Origin: Thermoproteota archaeon
GTDB taxonomy: Archaea > Korarchaeota > JAOZGF01 > JAOZFZ01
Length of the DNA: 62,419 nt
Assembly: GCA_027492035.1 (NCBI GenBank)
Contig: JAOZFT010000008.1
Coordinates: forward strand, 1 to 62,419
Direction of reading: 5' to 3'
Under the pieces are notes generated by a model. That model saw only the letters and a list, made by a program, of their open reading frames with translations. It searched no databases and was not told the origin of the DNA. Below are positions 56,851-62,419 of this stretch, in pieces. A program made the position numbers and the translations under genes. Each line of letters starts with the position of its first letter. Positions within the stretch are counted from its first letter, which is position 1.

Positions 56851-57747
56851 ATGCTTATATTTATTTTCGGCTTCTTAGAAAATAATTCAGGAAAAACAAC
56901 TGTTGCAAGGGCTTTAATCAGTTGCTTGAAAGTGAGAGGGTTCAAAGTTTCAGGGTTTAAACCTTTATCAGGTCACAGTTTTTGGTGGCAGTATAATTCT
57001 TATCTTAAATGTGTGGAGAAAGGCAGTTTATTTAGTGAAGACGCTTACATCCTGTGGAAAACAATGAATGAAAAAATTCCTGTTGAAGTATTAAACCCTG
57101 CAGATGTTCTTCTTTCTGTTCCAAACCTTGAAAAACTCTACAGGTTCAAAAACTTCTCTTTGCTCTATAACTCTTCAACTATGAACTGGTTCGTTGCAGG
57201 AAGATTTACTTTCTTGGATGGAAAGAAGAAAAAAGATTTAATATACTACAACAAAAGAGAAAACCTATTAATTAAACCTGAAAAACTCATTGCTTCCTTA
57301 AAGAAAAGAAACACACTTCTCCCGGTTTCAAACCCTAAAGAATTCCTTGACCTCCACAGAAAATATTACAGAAAATCAGTTGAAACCTGTTTCCAAGAAA
57401 TCTCGAAAAAATTTAGTTTAATTGTTGCAGAAGGATTTAACGACGCTGTTTACCCATGGAAGGGAGTAGAAAAAGCAGGTTTAGTATTGGGGGTTTCACC
57501 AGGGTTTGTTTCAATTTTTGGAAACAAGGAATTCACTGAAGCTATCCATGCCAGAGGAAAATGGGAGTTAACAACTTCTGCAGATATAATTAACTTGATG
57601 AAACCTCTAAAAACAGTTAAGTTTCCCCATTTAACAAGTAAAGAAGTGGAAAGCGACGAAGCAATCCTTAAAAAAGCAGAAAAATCTTTGGAAGAAATCT
57701 TAAGCCACTTCCTTCAGATGGAAGATAGAGCCCAAGAACAATTCTAA
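56851..57747 (+). CDS. Archaeal P-loop NTPase (COG4028-like)
   Basis: G.LENNSGKT, FKP.SGHS.W.QY, G.L..ED, NP.D.L, EGFND...P. Confidence 0.8.
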   Translation: MLIFIFGFLENNSGKTTVARALISCLKVRGFKVSGFKPLSGHSFWWQYNSYLKCVEKGSLFSEDAYILWKTMNEKIPVEVLNPADVLLSVPNLEKLYRFKNFSLLYNSSTMNWFVAGRFTFLDGKKKKDLIYYNKRENLLIKPEKLIASLKKRNTLLPVSNPKEFLDLHRKYYRKSVETCFQEISKKFSLIVAEGFNDAVYPWKGVEKAGLVLGVSPGFVSIFGNKEFTEAIHARGKWELTTSADIINLMKPLKTVKFPHLTSKEVESDEAILKKAEKSLEEILSHFLQMEDRAQEQF

Positions 57748-58087
57748 AAATCAACGAATAACACTGAAACATAAAAAAGATTTTCAACGGATTTCTCCGT
57801 CGGAGATGCTTAATTGAATTTAACAAAAATTTTTACTTTCCTTTCAAACCAGTAGCAATTAAAAAAGTTTCTCATTCATAGCTACAGAAAAATTAAGGAA
57901 GTAAGGAAGGGAGGAAACAATTAAGGAAGCAACTAATAACTAAGTAAACAATAAATAAAGGTAAGACTTTTTAACTAAATTCTTCATTTTTCCCTTTCAT
58001 GTAAAAAACAATCCAAAACTGAGTTGTTACTTTGTTGTTGAGTAAATTTTTCTTTGGGAAAGTTCTGTAAGAGAGGTTGCTTTTGTT

Positions 58088-58708
58088 ATGGTTAAAGTTT
58101 CACCTGCTGGCTTAATTTATTTATATCCTGGTTTATTTTCCACTCCATACAAGCTAGGTTCTTCCTTAATAAAGTTTAATGACCCCCTAAAACCCGGTGT
58201 TTACTGGTCGGTTTCAGGTTTAAGGGAAAAAATGATCCTAGCCACTATTTTGGCTTTAACAGAAGACAACAAAGTTTTTCTGGTTTCCAAAGAAAGTAAA
58301 AAGTTAAGTAGAGGGGAGTATTACAGTAAAGACAGCAGAGTCGTTGAAATAGTCAAGAATGAAAACTTCAACTCAAGAATTTATGGTTTCATCTCTGAAC
58401 CTATTGAAAAATTAATCTTAAAAGAGAGCATTTCTTTAAGAATCGTTTCAAAAAGAGCTGTTCAGAAAGTCCCTAAGTTCACAAGTTTTATGGCGCAGGT
58501 TTTTAAAAGAGACATTGAACCTTTAGGTTTATTTAAACAAGAGAAACGTTTAGGTATAATCAAGAGACATGTCCCGGTTAAAGAAAAAATGAAGGGGTTA
58601 AGAAAAGAAGCTGAAAAACTCAGAAAAACAGTTTTAAGGTTTAGAAGGGAAGAACCTGAAAAATATAAGATTGCGGTGAAGAATATAATTGAAGGAATAG
58701 TGAGCTAA
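58088..58708 (+). CDS. Hypothetical basic protein
   Basis: 206-codon ORF with GAGG RBS and typical codon usage; no motif recognised. Confidence 0.7.
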   Translation: MVKVSPAGLIYLYPGLFSTPYKLGSSLIKFNDPLKPGVYWSVSGLREKMILATILALTEDNKVFLVSKESKKLSRGEYYSKDSRVVEIVKNENFNSRIYGFISEPIEKLILKESISLRIVSKRAVQKVPKFTSFMAQVFKRDIEPLGLFKQEKRLGIIKRHVPVKEKMKGLRKEAEKLRKTVLRFRREEPEKYKIAVKNIIEGIVS

Positions 58709-58752
58709 TTCCATTTTTCCAGTTGTAAAAACCCTATTTTGGTGGTTAAGTA

Positions 58753-59544
58753 GTGAACAAAACAATCATAACCCTAACTACTGATTTCTCGATTAAAAGC
58801 CCTTACCCTGCAGTTATGAAAGGAGTTATCCTTTCATTAAACCCTCAAACACAAGTCATTGATTTGACACATGAAATACCTAAATTCGACATTTTCACAG
58901 CATCTTTCATTCTGAGTTACGCAGTAACTTACTTTCCTAAAGGAACAATTCATGTATGCGTTGTCGACCCAGGAGTTGGAACAGAAAGGAAGGGAGTCAT
59001 TATTAAATGCCAAAAAGGATATTTGGTAGGCCCTGACAATGGATGCTTGTCCCTGGCAGCTGAAAAATTAAAACCTTTAAAGGTTTTCGAAATAATACCT
59101 GAAAAATTCAATATTTCATCCCAAACTTTTCATGGAAGAGATCTTTTCGCTCCAGCTGCCGCCTACATAAGTCTAAAAAAAGATTTAAATGAGTTCTGTA
59201 AACCTCTCACCCACTTCAACAAAATCAATTTCCCAAAGCCTCACTTAACCAAGGAAGGAGTTAAAGGAGAAATCATATTTATTGATGATTTCGGAAACCT
59301 AGTCACCAATATTTCATTGTCTGAAATCAATGAAGCCGGTTTTAAATTGAAAGAAAAGGTTAAACTAAGATTTAAAGGGAAAACTTTCAAAACTAGGCTG
59401 CTGGAAACCTACGGCCAAGGCCGCAAGGGAGAGTTAATGCTTGTACTTAACAGCTTTAACTTATTTGAGATATCGGTAAGGGAAGGAAACGCCAAAGAAA
59501 AACTCGGTGCAGAAACAAAGAAGGTGATTGAAGTAATGAAGTAG
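58753..59544 (+). CDS. SAM hydroxide adenosyltransferase (DUF62, chlorinase/fluorinase family)
   Basis: ITLTTDF, VVDPGVGT.R, GPDNG, TFHGRD.FAP, ID.FGN..TN. Confidence 0.94.
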   Translation: MNKTIITLTTDFSIKSPYPAVMKGVILSLNPQTQVIDLTHEIPKFDIFTASFILSYAVTYFPKGTIHVCVVDPGVGTERKGVIIKCQKGYLVGPDNGCLSLAAEKLKPLKVFEIIPEKFNISSQTFHGRDLFAPAAAYISLKKDLNEFCKPLTHFNKINFPKPHLTKEGVKGEIIFIDDFGNLVTNISLSEINEAGFKLKEKVKLRFKGKTFKTRLLETYGQGRKGELMLVLNSFNLFEISVREGNAKEKLGAETKKVIEVMK

Positions 59545-59694
59545 CGTTCCCTTCTTGTTTTTAAACCATTACACAAATATGAATTACGGTTTCTGTAAAA
59601 CAAAAAAATTTAAAAAGGGTTCATTATTTAGATAAACTCTGCTTTTTTCCCTTTCTAGAAAGGGAAAGGAGGTGAAAAATTTTGGGCGATTTAG

Positions 59695-60474
59695 TTCCAG
59701 TACGGAATAGCACTTAAACCCTCCTTTTTTGATTCAGAAAACCTTCAATCTACACTTCACCTTTGCAAAAGACTCGGTTTCTCCTTAGCAGTGATTGATG
59801 CCGAATACAGTGACTACTGTTTAAATCCGACGTTCTTCCGCCAGTTAACAAATAAATTTTGTAGTAACAGCTTCTCTCTACTACCTACTATCCAAATAAA
59901 AAGGGAGAGACATAGAAAAATCCTTTCAGACTTTTTAGAAACAACAAAGAAGGTAGTTATTGTTCCTGGCAATAAAGTGTATCTGAGGGATAAAGAGAAG
60001 AATATGCCTTTCAGAAACGAAATGAAGAGATTAGTTGAAGAATTATCCCTTAACGGAACAAAAGTTTTTGTAGGTACAGAGAAAAACCTAAATTTGGTAA
60101 CTAAGCTGAAAAACAAAGAAAAAATTGTGCCCTTTGCTTTACTTAACCCAAATATTAAAAACGAAATAATTAAACTTAAGGAAAGCGGTTTCAAAGAAAC
60201 AGCCATCTACACACCATTCTACATCGTTGAAAAAGGAAATAAAACCCCTCAAAAACTGATTAAGTACGTTGAAAGAAGAGAAGCAGGCAAAAACATAAGT
60301 TTAAAAAATCTGAAAAGGCTGGTTCAGTCATACATTGTTGCAGGAACCCAAAAAGAAATAGTTTCGTCCATTAAAAAATTAAGCAAGTTATCAACCACGC
60401 TTGTTTTCCATCCCTTAAACCTAAACCCTTCAGAAGCAATTAAGGCACTGCAAAAAATAAGAAGTTTAATCTGA
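59695..60474 (+). CDS. Degenerate luciferase-like (LLM/Mer-type TIM barrel) protein, 5' end possibly frameshifted
   Basis: Frame is open from 59695 (FQYGIAL...KRLGFS) upstream of the track start; C-terminal VAGT.KEI...IK.L. The RBS GGAGGTGA and TTG at 59682 are in another frame. Confidence 0.5.
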   Translation, partial: FQYGIALKPSFFDSENLQSTLHLCKRLGFSLAVIDAEYSDYCLNPTFFRQLTNKFCSNSFSLLPTIQIKRERHRKILSDFLETTKKVVIVPGNKVYLRDKEKNMPFRNEMKRLVEELSLNGTKVFVGTEKNLNLVTKLKNKEKIVPFALLNPNIKNEIIKLKESGFKETAIYTPFYIVEKGNKTPQKLIKYVERREAGKNISLKNLKRLVQSYIVAGTQKEIVSSIKKLSKLSTTLVFHPLNLNPSEAIKALQKIRSLI

Positions 60475-60509
60475 AATCTTTTTTATTATTTCTTATTTGT
60501 GTATATGCC

Positions 60510-60665
60510 TTATAGCCCCCCTGTAAACAGGAACTGAACAGATCTACATGTTCCCTTCCCTGTCCTTCCGAACCCTTTCCTCGTAACTATTTCCCCGATT
60601 TCTCTAACTAGTTCCAAAGGGTTGAAAGGTTTGAAAACCGGTGAAAGAAACCTCTGGTACCCCAT
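60510..60665 (-). pseudogene. 5' fragment of an archaeal radical SAM gene (COG5014-like)
   Basis: ATG directly after the DUF362 stop: MGYQRFLSPVFKPFNPLELVREIGEIVTRKG, then a frameshifted VPVYRG; the CxxxCxxC region is missing. Confidence 0.5.
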
Positions 60666-60666
60666 T

Positions 60667-61461
60667 TTAATCTACCGTTACCACCTTTATTTTCTTTGGG
60701 TCAGCGACACCTAACCCTTTCATTTGGGCAAGTCTTAGATGTTTAATGGAGAGAGGGTTGTAACCTAGGTACTTTGCACCTACTGCGTCAGCAGCTACCA
60801 AGTCATTGGAGAAAATCATTAACCTCAGTTCTTTTGGCCTTGATTTCAGTTCTCCTCCTAAACCAGCAAGCCTTCCATCAATTACAGCTAAACTTGGTTT
60901 AAGGTAAAGGTTTATGTCGACTATGCATTCATTAATCCCTAACTTGTGGAAAACATTCTTCTTTGCAACCCCTGACCCCTTCCCTATTGTTGCCCCAAGC
61001 ATGTTCTTTAGGGAAAGGGTAACAGTGGTTATTGAGTGTTCTTTAAGAACAGGGACTGAAACTATATAAGAGTCTTTGAGTGTTAAGGGAAACTTAAACT
61101 CTTTTAACACTATTGTTTCAGGTAGTTTCTTTATTTCATATCTGTCCTTGTTTAGGTCAACTAAACTTACTCCATATAATTCAGCTAGTTTCAAGTAACC
61201 CAGGGATTTATAGGCATTTTTTGTTTCACACCATCCTGACCCTTCAGCTATAACTACTTCGTAACCTTTAATGTAATGTTTAACCAAGGCTTCAACTGTT
61301 TCACTTGGTGTAGTTGTGGGTGGTGGTTCGGTGTTGATAAGGTTAGGCTTTAACACAACCTTCCTCTTAGATGGTTCATTAAAATAACTTAATCCTTTAG
61401 ATACCATTAACCGTGGATCATTTCCCCTAACTACTACTACCTTTGACATTTCCTGCATCAA
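60667..61461 (-). CDS. DUF362-family protein
   Basis: VVLKPNL, TT, IAEG, VPVLK.H....TLSLKNM.G, D.VA.D. Confidence 0.9.
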   Translation of the reverse strand: MMQEMSKVVVVRGNDPRLMVSKGLSYFNEPSKRKVVLKPNLINTEPPPTTTPSETVEALVKHYIKGYEVVIAEGSGWCETKNAYKSLGYLKLAELYGVSLVDLNKDRYEIKKLPETIVLKEFKFPLTLKDSYIVSVPVLKEHSITTVTLSLKNMLGATIGKGSGVAKKNVFHKLGINECIVDINLYLKPSLAVIDGRLAGLGGELKSRPKELRLMIFSNDLVAADAVGAKYLGYNPLSIKHLRLAQMKGLGVADPKKIKVVTVD

Positions 61462-61704
61462 TTATACATTCCTCAACCTTCACCTTTAAACTTTTTTAAG
61501 GGATTGCCACCTACATCTAGCAAAGTAATTTAACTCGGATTCTCTGAAAAGGTAAAACCACCGGCTAAAAATCTGCAAAACATAAAATTAAAAATTTCAG
61601 CATCGAATATCACATCTCTAGTTCGTGATCATTGCTTTATCGCAAACAGGGATGTAGGAGAAAAGCTGGGAATTTTATTAAAGAGTAGGTTATCTTAAAA
61701 AGCG

Positions 61705-62100
61705 GGTGAGGGAGAAGTTTTACTGTATTACTTGTGGAAAGTCGATGTCACCTACAACGAGGGCTGCTAAATGCTCCTATTGCGGTAAGATGAAGAAGAT
61801 GAATTATATTTGGCCGGATGGACATTGTACATGTGAGAATTTGTAAGCTTTTCGTTCTCTAATAGAATTATTAGGAAGGTTTATGAATTTACTAGGGAGG
61901 TGGTTCTAGGAAGATAGGAATATCCTCTTGATAATGATATACGGGACCATGCATCTGGATGACTGGATGCTTCATCTTGTGAGTACCGTTTTACCGGCCG
62001 CTTTAAGATCGATAATTCCATATTTTATAAGGCTGTTGCAAGGGGGGAGAGGATTCACTTGGGATCATGTGGACTTTGAGGAACCTGTGGGGGCTGTATA
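61705..62100 (+). pseudogene. DUF5714-like Cys-rich protein pseudogene
   Basis: FYCITCGK...KCSYCGK....IWPDGHCTCENL*, later AVARGERIHLGSCGL*GTCG, with stops and frameshifts. Confidence 0.65.
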
Positions 62101-62173
62101 AGAATAAAGCATACAAAGGGAATTTTTAGAAAAATTTATAATAATTCTATTTAGAGAAGTTTTGTGATTATTC

Positions 62174-62419
62174 ATGTTTCGTATGAAATGTTCCATCCTA
62201 CTTTTATTGTTCATCATATTTACATCCCCAGTCCTAATTATGCATACAACTATAGGAGAAATGGTACCATCCTCAAACCCTGAATTCCACTTATCAGATC
62301 CTCCAAACTTGGAACTTACTATAGAAGTACCAGAGGAAACAGATTTCTGCATATCCAATAATTACACAATTAAAATAAGAAACGTTGGAGATGGAAACGC
62401 CACGGAAGTAGAGGTAAAC
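62174..62419 (+). CDS. Secreted DUF11-domain protein, N-terminus only (runs off window)
   Basis: Not in the track: MFRMKCSILLLLFIIFTSPVLI... signal peptide, then PNLELTIEVP....NYTIKIRNVGDGNATEVEVN. Confidence 0.8.
   Translation, partial: MFRMKCSILLLLFIIFTSPVLIMHTTIGEMVPSSNPEFHLSDPPNLELTIEVPEETDFCISNNYTIKIRNVGDGNATEVEVN

Noticed and set aside
57794-57806. Palindrome TCTCCG-T-CGGAGA downstream of the P-loop gene
   Set aside because: Single short occurrence; cannot be distinguished from chance.
924-60206. Numerous 60-156 aa ORFs antisense to or nested in long genes (e.g. 1907-2245, 13231-13560, 42737-43207, 59814-60206)
   Set aside because: Shadow ORFs of well-supported genes; Ser/Phe/Ile-rich antisense composition and no motifs.
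61705-62100. In-frame TGA in GSCGL*GTCG as selenocysteine or recoding
   Set aside because: The position fits a Trp-to-stop mutation, and the region has other stops and frameshifts.
62065-62358. Track ORF of 97 aa on the minus strand
   Set aside because: Antisense to the more convincing signal peptide + DUF11 ORF starting at 62174.
1-62419. tRNA, rRNA, CRISPR arrays, C/D-box sRNAs
   Set aside because: No GC-rich structured RNA block, repeat-spacer array or convincing paired C/D boxes were seen by eye; small RNAs could have been missed without covariance-model searches.

Overview
AT-rich archaeal chromosomal window, probably from a thermophilic, heterotrophic lineage. This is inferred from archaeal gene families, GGAGGTG-type RBSs and frequent TTG/GTG starts; the taxon cannot be fixed from sequence alone. 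In order it carries: the 3' end of a Mo-hydroxylase operon (L/M/S subunits); a minimal SufCB (SmsCB-type) pair; an arginine synthetase ArcE-like enzyme; a TPP enzyme; pncA-pncB; a class II HMG-CoA reductase; an ABC importer with DUF364 and a ubiquitin-like gene; a decayed tnpB; a three-gene radical SAM operon resembling the tetraether-lipid modifiers Gms-Gmm-Grs; an lsrF/Zn-dehydrogenase operon; a 12-kb minus-strand cell-surface locus; gabT; a divergent FAD oxidase/CCG Fe-S pair; a patch of decayed toxin-antitoxin genes; DUF354; an ArsR-ABC exporter-GDT1 unit; a CoA-transferase with a citryl-CoA-lyase-like gene; and assorted housekeeping genes and pseudogenes. The strongest candidate for an undescribed system is the surface locus (27.9-39.8 kb). 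Its 2670-aa ORF looks like a polyprotein: it has an internal anchor plus second signal peptide, an internal paralog of the 742-aa neighbour, recurring Asp-Pro motifs at module ends, and a cytoplasmic degenerate PIN-like tail. No rRNA, tRNA or CRISPR array was recognised. All family calls come from motif recognition by eye, not from database searches.
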